15,902 bases of DNA from Elusimicrobiota bacterium (GTDB taxonomy: Bacteria; Elusimicrobiota; Elusimicrobia; Elusimicrobiales; UBA9959): contig JBAXKK010000062.1 in NCBI GenBank assembly GCA_037137395.1, forward strand, positions 1 to 15,902, given 5' to 3'. Position 1 is the stretch's first letter. Each line of letters opens with the position of its first letter. The notes beneath the pieces are model-generated. The model was given only the letters and a program-made list of their open reading frames with translations, was not told the origin of the DNA and made no database searches. Below, in pieces: positions 8,212-15,069 of this stretch. The translations under genes and the position numbers were made by a program.

Positions 8212-8685
8212 TTATCCTTTAAATTTTTCTTTGAAGTCCCTGCGGAGTTCCCTGTCAATTTCCCGTTTCTTTGTCGCTTCGTGTTTGTCCGGGGCTTTTC
8301 TGCCTTTGGCTAAAGCAAGGACTACTTTCGCCCAGCCTTTCTTGAAGTAGACCTCAAGCGGCACGATGGCCGTGCCTTTCGTGGCTGTGGAGTTGGTGAG
8401 TTTTTTTATTTCTTTTTTATTCAGGAGAAGTTTTCTGGTACGGATGGGATCCAGCTCTTTGACGGTGTTGAAAATATAAGGGGGGATGTGCATGCCGTAA
8501 AGGTACAGCCCGTCTTTTTCTACCCTGGCGAAGCTCTGCGTTATCTGGGCCTGTTTCAGGCGGAGCGACTTTACCTCAGGCCCTTCCAGCACCAGCCCTG
8601 CTTCAAAGGTTTCCAGTATTTCGTAATCATGCCTGGCCTTGCGGTTGGTGGCGACGATCTCTATTCCGGTTTCCTTCTTTTTCAT
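8212..8685 (-). CDS. smpB: SsrA-binding protein SmpB
   Basis: NRKARHDY, EAGLVLEGPEVKSLR, HIPPY, RTRKLLLNKKEI, LAKGRK...DK motifs. Confidence 0.97.
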   Translation of the reverse strand: MKKKETGIEIVATNRKARHDYEILETFEAGLVLEGPEVKSLRLKQAQITQSFARVEKDGLYLYGMHIPPYIFNTVKELDPIRTRKLLLNKKEIKKLTNSTATKGTAIVPLEVYFKKGWAKVVLALAKGRKAPDKHEATKKREIDRELRRDFKEKFKG

Positions 8686-8775
8686 AATTTAAATTTGTAT
8701 TAACACTTCAAATATCCTAAAATTGTAACATAATAGACATTCCTGAATGTAGCAAAGAAGTATTTATCCCGGTAT

Positions 8776-8815
8776 AAGCCCGCGAGTTTCCTTCGGAGAA
8801 AATGCGGGGTATGAC
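8776..8815 (-). repeat. Isolated GC hairpin resembling an IS200/IS605-type terminal palindrome
   Basis: Minus strand reads GTCATACCCCGCATTTTCTCCGAAGGAAACTCGCGGGCTT, an imperfect stem with GTCA..ACCCC / GGGCTT ends. Confidence 0.4.
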
Positions 8816-8819
8816 AAGA

Positions 8820-8903
8820 GCGCGGGTGGCGGAACTGGCAGACGCGCACGGCTCAGGACCGTGTGACCGAAAGGTCTTATGGGTTCAACTCCCTTCCCGC
8901 GCA
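8820..8903 (+). tRNA. tRNA-Leu (CAG)
   Basis: Acceptor GCGCGGG/CCCGCGC plus discriminator A; D-loop GGAACTGGCAGAC; anticodon arm CACGG-CTCAGGA-CCGTG; long variable arm GACC-GAAA-GGTC; T-loop TTCAACT; CCA not encoded. Confidence 0.96.
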
Positions 8904-8910
8904 GTTTTTT

Positions 8911-8939
8911 AAAGGCCGGACAGCAAGTCCGGCCTTTTT
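8911..8939 (+). terminator. Rho-independent terminator after tRNA-Leu
   Basis: AAAGGCCGGAC-AGCAA-GTCCGGCCTTTTT. Confidence 0.8.
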
Positions 8940-8941
8940 AT

Positions 8942-9200
8942 TGTGCGGGAAGGGAGTTGAAGCCGACACCGGCGCGTCCGGTGGACAAAAAGCTCGCTCC
9001 GCGAACGTCAGCCGGTGCGGCCGGCTTTGGAGGAAGGAGCGGGGGTGGACTTGACGGCAGTCCTGCGTGATCAAGGACACAATTCAGTGATCAGGCGACT
9101 GGGGGAAAAGAACTTGATAATTGAATTGTGTCGCTTTGCTCCACCCCCTTCCCGCGCAGTTTTTAAAAGGCCGGACAATCAAGTCCGGCCTCTTTTTATT
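8942..9200. mobile_element. Putative miniature non-coding element at the tRNA-Leu 3' end
   Basis: Begins with an antisense copy of the tRNA 3' end (8942-8961) and ends with a direct copy of tRNA 3' end plus terminator (9139-9200; 19-bp exact core 9146-9164 = 8891-8909); several internal hairpins. Confidence 0.55.
9166..9197 (+). terminator. Second, diverged copy of the tRNA-Leu terminator
   Basis: AAAGGCCGGAC-AATCAA-GTCCGGCCTCTTTTT; insulates the pilin promoter that follows. Confidence 0.7.
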
Positions 9201-9201
9201 A

Positions 9202-9231
9202 TTGACAACATTGCGTACATTCATGTAAACT
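9202..9231 (+). promoter_or_regulatory. Sigma70-type promoter of pilin copy 1
   Basis: TTGACA-N18-TAAACT. Confidence 0.7.
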
Positions 9232-9330
9232 TATTGTTAATAAGAGCCTCTTGGATATTATTTATACATCATCCCGAGAGTCCCTTATCACATGTGACGG
9301 CACATGTATCATACCAGGAGGTTGTATATA

Positions 9331-9771
9331 ATGAAAATGAACAAAAAAGGCTTCACCCTGATCGAACTCATGATCGTGGTGGCCATCATCGGTATTCTTG
9401 CCGCTATCGCTATCCCGAAGTTTGCTGATCTCATCAACAAATCAAAGGAAGGCGCGACCAAGGGTGCCCTCTCAACAGTAAGAAGCGCCATTCAGATATA
9501 CTACGGCGACAACGAAGGCTGGTTCCCGACTGAAGCCACCTCGTTGACCAGCCTCACCACTGACGGCAAATATCTGAACTCAATACCTATGGCTAAGTTG
9601 CCCACCAGGCACGCTGACTCCGCTACCATCGCCAATTCCGTCACTGACGCGGCCGGTTGGACATATTATAATGCCCATACCACCACAGCTGAAGCTGCCC
9701 TTTGGGGTACGTTTGTTGCCAACTGTTCACATATGAACATCGCTGGCACAGCCCAGTGGACGTCGTTCTAA
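9331..9771 (+). CDS. Type IV pilin / GspG-like prepilin, copy 1
   Basis: Class III signal MKMNKKG|FTLIELMIVVAIIGILAAIAIP with E5; AGGAGG at 9316-9321, 9 nt before ATG 9331; own promoter and strong terminator suggest a major pilin. Confidence 0.93.
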   Translation: MKMNKKGFTLIELMIVVAIIGILAAIAIPKFADLINKSKEGATKGALSTVRSAIQIYYGDNEGWFPTEATSLTSLTTDGKYLNSIPMAKLPTRHADSATIANSVTDAAGWTYYNAHTTTAEAALWGTFVANCSHMNIAGTAQWTSF

Positions 9772-9791
9772 TAACGGGACTTTAGTTTGAG

Positions 9792-9828
9792 AAGGCCCCG
9801 TCCGGCTAAGGCGGACGGGGCCTTTTTT
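9792..9828 (+). terminator. Rho-independent terminator after pilin copy 1
   Basis: AAGGCCCCGTCCG-GCTAAGG-CGGACGGGGCCTTTTTT. Confidence 0.9.
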
Positions 9829-9833
9829 AATCT

Positions 9834-9977
9834 ATGCTTACCGTAACATTATTGGTCTTCGTTTTTGCCTTCGGTCTCCTGATCGGCAGCTTTTTAAATG
9901 TCTGCATTGCCAGGTTGCCGCAGGCTCTTTCCATCGAAACCCCTCTCGCCATTGACAACATTGGTATATTCATGTAA
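9834..9977 (+). pseudogene. pilD: Truncated 5' fragment of prepilin peptidase created by the duplication
   Basis: First 34 codons encode the same residues as the 10583 gene (MLTVTLLVFV...PQALSI), then read through the junction into promoter 2 and stop at TAA 9975-9977 (47 aa). Confidence 0.85.
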
Positions 9978-9980
9978 ACT
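9952..9980 (+). promoter_or_regulatory. Sigma70-type promoter of pilin copy 2
   Basis: TTGACA-N17-TAAACT. Confidence 0.75.
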
Positions 9981-10079
9981 AACAATTAGTAAGCGCCTCT
10001 TGGATATTATTTATACATCATCCCGAGAGTCCCTTATCACATGTGATGTCGCATGTATCATACCAGGAGGTTGTATATA

Positions 10080-10520
10080 ATGAAAATGAACAAAAAAGGC
10101 TTCACCCTGATCGAACTCATGATCGTGGTGGCCATCATCGGTATTCTTGCCGCTATCGCTATCCCGAAGTTTGCTGATCTCATCAACAAATCAAAGGAAG
10201 GCGCGACCAAGGGTGCCCTCTCAACAGTAAGAAGCGCCATTCAGATATACTACGGCGACAACGAAGGCTGGTTCCCGACTGAAGCCACCTCGTTGACCAG
10301 CCTCACCACTGACGGCAAATATCTGAACTCAATACCTATGGCTAAGTTGCCCACCAGGCACGCTGACTCCGCTACCATCGCCAATTCCGTCACTGACGCG
10401 GCCGGTTGGACATATTATAATGCCCATACCACCACAGCTGAAGCTGCCCTTTGGGGTACGTTTGTTGCCAACTGTTCACATATGAACATCGCTGGCACAG
10501 CCCAGTGGACGTCGTTCTAA
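10080..10520 (+). CDS. Type IV pilin / GspG-like prepilin, copy 2 (identical to copy 1)
   Basis: Same nucleotide sequence, RBS and class III signal peptide as 9331-9771. Confidence 0.93.
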   Translation: MKMNKKGFTLIELMIVVAIIGILAAIAIPKFADLINKSKEGATKGALSTVRSAIQIYYGDNEGWFPTEATSLTSLTTDGKYLNSIPMAKLPTRHADSATIANSVTDAAGWTYYNAHTTTAEAALWGTFVANCSHMNIAGTAQWTSF

Positions 10521-10540
10521 TAACGGGACTTTAGTTTGAG

Positions 10541-10577
10541 AAGGCCCCGTCCGGCTAAGGCGGACGGGGCCTTTTTT
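10541..10577 (+). terminator. Rho-independent terminator after pilin copy 2
   Basis: Identical to 9792-9828. Confidence 0.9.
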
Positions 10578-10582
10578 AATCT

Positions 10583-11371
10583 ATGCTTACCGTAACATTA
10601 TTGGTCTTCGTTTTTGCCTTCGGTCTCCTGATCGGCAGCTTTTTAAATGTCTGCATTGCCAGGTTGCCGCAGGCCCTTTCCATCGTTAAACCACGCTCAC
10701 GGTGCCCCAAGTGCCTGATCCCCATTAATTTTTACGATAATATCCCGCTTTTAAGTTTTATTCTTTTGCGGGGACGCTGCCGTCATTGTGCCCTGCCGAT
10801 ACCCTGGCGCTATCCGGCCGTGGAGCTCCTTACCGGTATCGTGACCGCTCTGCTTTTTTTGAAATGGCAGGCGGAACCGGCTTGGCTGGCCGCGGCTCTG
10901 GCTGCCGCATATCTCCTTATAGTGGTAGCTTTTATAGATCTTGAAACTATGATGATAGCCGATATTTTTTCATACGCCCTTGTCGGTCTAGGGCTGGTTT
11001 CCTGTTTTTTTAACCCTTATTTTTCAGGCCCCGCTTTGAACCGGTTTTTTGGTTTCCTCTCGGGCGGTGCTGCAGGAGCTTTCATCATATGGCTGATGGC
11101 CTGGCTGGGCGCCAGGATATATAAAAAGGAAGCGGTCGGAGAGGGGGATATATTTTTAATGGCCGGCATCGGAGCCTTAACCGGCTGGCAAGGGGTGTTA
11201 TCGGCGCTAATTATGGCTTCTTTTTTCGGGTCGGTTTATGGCGTCAGTCTTATGCTGGCCAAAAAAGCCAGGCGCTTTGACCATATCCCTTTCGGCCCGT
11301 TCCTTGCGTTGGGCGCGGTGATAAACTTGTATCACCTGGTCCGGATAACGGATTTTTTTATTTATTATTAA
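10583..11371 (+). CDS. pilD: Prepilin peptidase / N-methyltransferase (A24)
   Basis: GSFLNVCIARLP, RSRCPKC...DNIPLLS...GRCRHC zinc site, FIDLE and GEGD catalytic aspartates, IPFGPFL. Confidence 0.96.
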   Translation: MLTVTLLVFVFAFGLLIGSFLNVCIARLPQALSIVKPRSRCPKCLIPINFYDNIPLLSFILLRGRCRHCALPIPWRYPAVELLTGIVTALLFLKWQAEPAWLAAALAAAYLLIVVAFIDLETMMIADIFSYALVGLGLVSCFFNPYFSGPALNRFFGFLSGGAAGAFIIWLMAWLGARIYKKEAVGEGDIFLMAGIGALTGWQGVLSALIMASFFGSVYGVSLMLAKKARRFDHIPFGPFLALGAVINLYHLVRITDFFIYY

Positions 11372-11392
11372 CCCGGCACCTTACCACAAATT

Positions 11393-11482
11393 TGGCGGAG
11401 AGGGAGGGATTCGAACCCACGGTACGCATAAGCGTACACCGGTTTTCAAGACCGGCGCCATAAACCACTCGGCCACCTCTCC
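11393..11482 (-). tRNA. tRNA-Ser (UGA)
   Basis: Minus strand GGAGAGGTGGCCGAGTGG...CCGGT-CTTGAAA-ACCGG...long variable arm...GGTTCGAATCC...CCTCTCCGCCA; CCA encoded. Confidence 0.97.
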
Positions 11483-11626
11483 ATTATTTTACAACACAAT
11501 CTTTCCACCGTATACTCAGAGCTTGTTTCAATTATATAAAATCGGGAGGGGGCGCGGTTATAAATGGTAAAATGAAATTAGCGGTATGCATTTTCCACGG
11601 CATTCGCAGCTTGAACAGAATATTTC

Positions 11627-13249
11627 ATGAAAAATTGGACACGCAGACGCAGCTTCGCCATCATTTCCCATCCTGACGCCGGCAAGACCACCCTTACCGA
11701 GAAAATGTTGCTTTATAGCGGCGCGCTCCATCTGGCCGGCTCTGTTACGGCCCGCAAAAACCAGCGTGCCACCGCTTCGGATTGGCTTGAGATGGAGAAA
11801 AAGCGCGGCATCTCCATCAGTTCCACCGTCCTGCAGTTTGATTGCGCCGGATACAGAGTTAATCTACTGGACACTCCCGGGCACCGCGATTTTTCCGAAG
11901 ACACTTACCGGGTTCTGACCGCTGTGGACGCGGTTATAATGGTTATTGACGCCGGCAAAGGCATTGAGAGCCAAACCAGGAAACTTTTCGAGGTGTGTCG
12001 CCAGCGCGGGATCCCTATTTTCACGTTCATGAATAAGCTCGACCGCCCCACGAGGGATCCGCTGGAGCTTATGGATGAACTGGAAGAGCTGTTGGACCTG
12101 CGGCCCTTCGCTATGAACTGGCCGATAGGCACGGGATCAGATTTCCGCGGTGTCTATGACCGCCGCACGCGGCAGGCGCATCTTTTTGAACATACTCCAG
12201 GTGGCGCGTACCGGGCGCCGGAGGCCGTCGGAGACCGCTCAGACGAGGCCATCCGTGAAAGGCTGAGCGCGTCCGTGCTTGCTCAGTTCCTGGAAGAGGT
12301 TGAGATGCTGGACTCGGTCGGTACACTTTTTGACCGTGACGCGGTAATGGCCGGAACCGCTACCCCCGTGTTTTTCGGCAGCGCATCCAATAATTTCGGC
12401 GTTCAGCTCCTGCTGGACGGTTTTCTTTCTCTCGCGCCGGCTCCGGCCGCCCATCGCTCCGGAAAGTATCTTATACAGCCGGATAACCCCGCTTTTTCCG
12501 GCTTCATTTTCAAGATTCAGGGCAATATGGACCCCAAGCACCGCGACCACGTGGCGTTTCTGCGGATCTGTTCAGGGAAGTTTACCCGGGATATGTCGGT
12601 TACCCATCAGCGGACAAAACGGCGGGTGCGCCTTTCCAACTCTCATAAGCTTTTCGGGCAGGAAAGGGAGATATTGAACGAGGCCTGGCCGGGTGATATA
12701 ATCGGTCTTATCGGTCATCCGGATTTTCTTATCGGCGATACTTTATCCGAAGACGCCGGTATCTCCTACAACGAAATTCCGCGTTTTCCGCCGGAATGTT
12801 TCGCCCTGCTGCACAATCCGACTCCGGCGCAGTATAAATCATTTAGAAAAGGCCTAGACCAGATCCTGACCGAAGGGATAGTTCAGAGATTCTGGCTGTC
12901 GGATGACCCAAATCAATCTCCGCTGCTGGCTGCGGTCGGACCCTTGCAGTTTGAGGTCGCGCAATATCGGCTTAAGGCCGAGTACGGCGCCGAATCACGT
13001 TTGGAATCTCTTCCCTGGACGCATGTCAGGTGGCCGGAATCAAAAGATCCGGGCCAGGATGTCAGCCGGATTTCTCTTCCAATCGGCGCGCGCTGGGGGC
13101 GTGATGACGCCCAAACCCCGGTCATTTTTTTTCAGGATTCCTGGGCCCCGAACTATTTATGCCAGCAGAATCCGAATATTTTGCTGAACGACTTCGCTCC
13201 CCGGGACCGGGATAAAGCCCGCGCTTTCTCCCAACCGGGAAAAACATGA
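11627..13249 (+). CDS. prfC: Peptide chain release factor 3
   Basis: RRRSFAIISHPDAGKTTLTEK, EKKRGISIS, LLDTPGH-x-DFSEDTYR, NKLD, FKIQGNMDPKHRD, VGPLQFEV. Confidence 0.96.
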   Translation: MKNWTRRRSFAIISHPDAGKTTLTEKMLLYSGALHLAGSVTARKNQRATASDWLEMEKKRGISISSTVLQFDCAGYRVNLLDTPGHRDFSEDTYRVLTAVDAVIMVIDAGKGIESQTRKLFEVCRQRGIPIFTFMNKLDRPTRDPLELMDELEELLDLRPFAMNWPIGTGSDFRGVYDRRTRQAHLFEHTPGGAYRAPEAVGDRSDEAIRERLSASVLAQFLEEVEMLDSVGTLFDRDAVMAGTATPVFFGSASNNFGVQLLLDGFLSLAPAPAAHRSGKYLIQPDNPAFSGFIFKIQGNMDPKHRDHVAFLRICSGKFTRDMSVTHQRTKRRVRLSNSHKLFGQEREILNEAWPGDIIGLIGHPDFLIGDTLSEDAGISYNEIPRFPPECFALLHNPTPAQYKSFRKGLDQILTEGIVQRFWLSDDPNQSPLLAAVGPLQFEVAQYRLKAEYGAESRLESLPWTHVRWPESKDPGQDVSRISLPIGARWGRDDAQTPVIFFQDSWAPNYLCQQNPNILLNDFAPRDRDKARAFSQPGKT

Positions 13250-14202
13250 AAAACAGAACGCTTTTTATTATCTGCGCTGGCGTTATGATCTTCGCCGCGA
13301 TATCGGCGTCGGTCATGTCGCGCCGCTCTGCGGGGGGGGCGGCGGGCGGGGATGGGGGACTTAAGGTTGTAACGACTATATTCCCTCTTTACGATATGGC
13401 CCGATCAATAGGCGACCGCAATGCCGAAGTCACACTCCTGCTTCCGCCGGGAGTGGAGGCGCATTCTTTCGAGCCTAAGCCCGGAGATATGGCCCGCATA
13501 AATGAAGCGGACATTTTTATATATACCGGAAAATTCATGGAGCCCTGGGCCGAAGATCTTGTCAGGAGCGTTACTAATAAGCGCCTGCTGGTGGTTAATG
13601 CCGGTGAGGGAGTCAAGCTGATGCCCGAGGGCGGCACGGGCCGGGGTAATCAGGAGGCGGTGCCGGACCCTCATGTCTGGCTGGATTTTGATAGCGCCAA
13701 AATAATGGTCGGGAATATTTCTGCGGCGTTTTCGGCCAAAGACCCCTCTAATAATGAAGTTTATCGCCGTGCTGCCGCAGCCTACGCGGGCGGACTCTCC
13801 GCTCTTGATTCCGCCTATAAATCAGGACTTTCCGCGTGCCGGACGAAGGAAATAATTTACGGCGGACACTACGCCTTCGGTTATATGGCCCGCCGCTACG
13901 GACTCAAATATATGGCGGCACAGGGTCTCTCTCCGAACTCCGAACCGACGGCGAAAGACCTTGCGTCCCTGGTTGAGCAGGTGAAAAAAGATAAGATAAG
14001 TTTTATTTTTTACGAAGAATTAACAAGTCCCAAAATAGCCGAAACGATCGCGGCCGAGACCGGAGCTAAAATGTTGCCGCTAAGCGCCGCGCACAATATC
14101 GCAAGGGATCAGTTCGCGCGCGGCACCTCATTCTTTGATATACTTCAGGGCGATCTGGTTAATCTAAAGGCCGGACTTGAATGTGCGGTAAGTGGTAAGT
14201 AG
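13246..14202 (+). CDS. znuA: Zn/Mn ABC transporter substrate-binding protein (ZnuA/AdcA family)
   Basis: VVTTIFP, EAHSFEP, DPHVWLD, HYAFGY, FYEE metal-ligand motifs; N-terminal hydrophobic segment. Metal specificity is inferred. Confidence 0.88.
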   Translation: MKNRTLFIICAGVMIFAAISASVMSRRSAGGAAGGDGGLKVVTTIFPLYDMARSIGDRNAEVTLLLPPGVEAHSFEPKPGDMARINEADIFIYTGKFMEPWAEDLVRSVTNKRLLVVNAGEGVKLMPEGGTGRGNQEAVPDPHVWLDFDSAKIMVGNISAAFSAKDPSNNEVYRRAAAAYAGGLSALDSAYKSGLSACRTKEIIYGGHYAFGYMARRYGLKYMAAQGLSPNSEPTAKDLASLVEQVKKDKISFIFYEELTSPKIAETIAAETGAKMLPLSAAHNIARDQFARGTSFFDILQGDLVNLKAGLECAVSGK

Positions 14203-14222
14203 TAAGAAATTAATCTTGATAT

Positions 14223-14969
14223 ATGTCTATTTTATCCGTTAAGAATATGTCATTCAGCTACGACTCCGCTGAAGTGCTGCGCGATGTCAGCTTTGACGTG
14301 CAGAAAGGCGACTATATCGGCCTGGCCGGGCCGAATGGCGCCGGCAAGACCACGCTCATAAAGGCGATACTCGGACTGACCGGCTCTTACACCGGCACGG
14401 CGGAACTGTTCGGCCGTGATATGCGCAGTTTTGATGCCTGGAATCGCGTCGGTTATCTGCCGCAGAGAGTAAATACGTTTAATCCGCTGTTTCCGGCTAC
14501 TGTTAAAGAAGTTGTAGGTTTGGGACTGCTTGCGAAAAAAAGTTTCCCAAAGAGATTCACCAAAGAAGACGAAATTAAGATCCTTCAGACGCTTGAGCTC
14601 ATGGGGATAGGTGACCTTGCTGATAAGCTGGTGGGGGAACTCTCAGGCGGACAGCAGCAGCGCGTTTTCCTGGCCAGAGCCCTGGCGCCGGACCCGGAAC
14701 TGCTTATCCTGGATGAGCCCAGCACGGCGCTGGACCCGGCCTCGCGCGACGGGTTTTATGACATTATAAAAGAGCTGAACGAGAAAAAAGGTATCACCAG
14801 CATCCTGATTACGCATGACACGGCGCAAATCGGGCGTTACGCCAATAAGCTCCTGTATCTTGATAAAAAAGTTATTTTTTACGGCCCTTTCTCGGACTTT
14901 TGCCAGTCGCCGGAAATGACCGGCTATTTCGGCACTTTTTCACAGCACCTCATATGCCATCAGCATTAA
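14223..14969 (+). CDS. znuC: Metal ABC transporter ATP-binding protein
   Basis: GPNGAGKT, GYLPQ, LSGGQQQR, LILDEP, ITHD; C-terminal HLICHQH. Confidence 0.9.
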   Translation: MSILSVKNMSFSYDSAEVLRDVSFDVQKGDYIGLAGPNGAGKTTLIKAILGLTGSYTGTAELFGRDMRSFDAWNRVGYLPQRVNTFNPLFPATVKEVVGLGLLAKKSFPKRFTKEDEIKILQTLELMGIGDLADKLVGELSGGQQQRVFLARALAPDPELLILDEPSTALDPASRDGFYDIIKELNEKKGITSILITHDTAQIGRYANKLLYLDKKVIFYGPFSDFCQSPEMTGYFGTFSQHLICHQH

Positions 14970-14973
14970 CAGC

Positions 14974-15059
14974 AGTGGTTAGTGATAAGTGGCGAGTGGG
15001 TAGTGCTGAGAAAATCAAAGTTTAGTTGACTTACCACTACTAGCGATACACTGGTCACT
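14974..15059. repeat. AGTGNNN heptamer array with inverted arm, inside the znu operon
   Basis: AGTGGTT AGTGATA AGTGGCG AGTGGGT AGTGCTG, then TACCACT ACTAGCG ATACACT GGTCACT. Confidence 0.8.
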
Positions 15060-15069
15060 GGTTTATATT

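Larger units (their letters stand above)
9201..10685 (+). repeat. Tandem duplication: unit 1 9201-9936, unit 2 9951-10685
   Basis: Both units start ATTGACAACATTG and end TTTCCATCG; 9303-9925 equals 10052-10674 with no difference found by eye. Confidence 0.97.

Noticed and set aside
2365..8258. Long antisense ORFs (2365-3117, 3701-4405, 6619-7236, 7506-8258)
   Set aside because: Shadows of well-supported plus-strand genes in GC-rich coding DNA.
8942..9158. tmRNA, SRP or RNase P RNA next to smpB
   Set aside because: No tRNA-Ala-like ends or tag ORF, and no SRP or RNase P consensus motif recognisable by eye.
8884..9200. CRISPR array or intact prophage/ICE at tRNA-Leu
   Set aside because: Only two direct copies 255 bp apart, derived from the tRNA end; no spacer-sized periodicity and no cas or integrase gene in the window.
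9304..9330. Longer pilin start given by the ORF track (9304 and 10053)
   Set aside because: The AGGAGG RBS lies downstream of that ATG and fits ATG 9331/10080, giving a typical short basic leader.
9015..9428. 137-aa ORF and the small ORFs around 8863-9080
   Set aside because: They overlap the tRNA, terminators, promoter and pilin in another frame, with no recognisable motifs.
9352..9771. Electrically conductive e-pilin
   Set aside because: 14 of 139 residues are F/W/Y with aromatics at 1, 24, 50, 51 and 57, but positions 27 and 32 are not aromatic and there are 25- and 28-residue aromatic-free gaps; too weak to claim.
9331..10520. Diversity-generating retroelement template/variable repeat pair
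   Set aside because: The copies are identical rather than differing at adenines, and no reverse transcriptase is present in the window.
11586..11630. Short upstream ORF (MHFPRHSQLEQNIS*) overlapping the prfC start as a leader peptide or frameshifted N-terminus
   Set aside because: No convincing RBS or recoding signal, and prfC is essentially full length from 11627.
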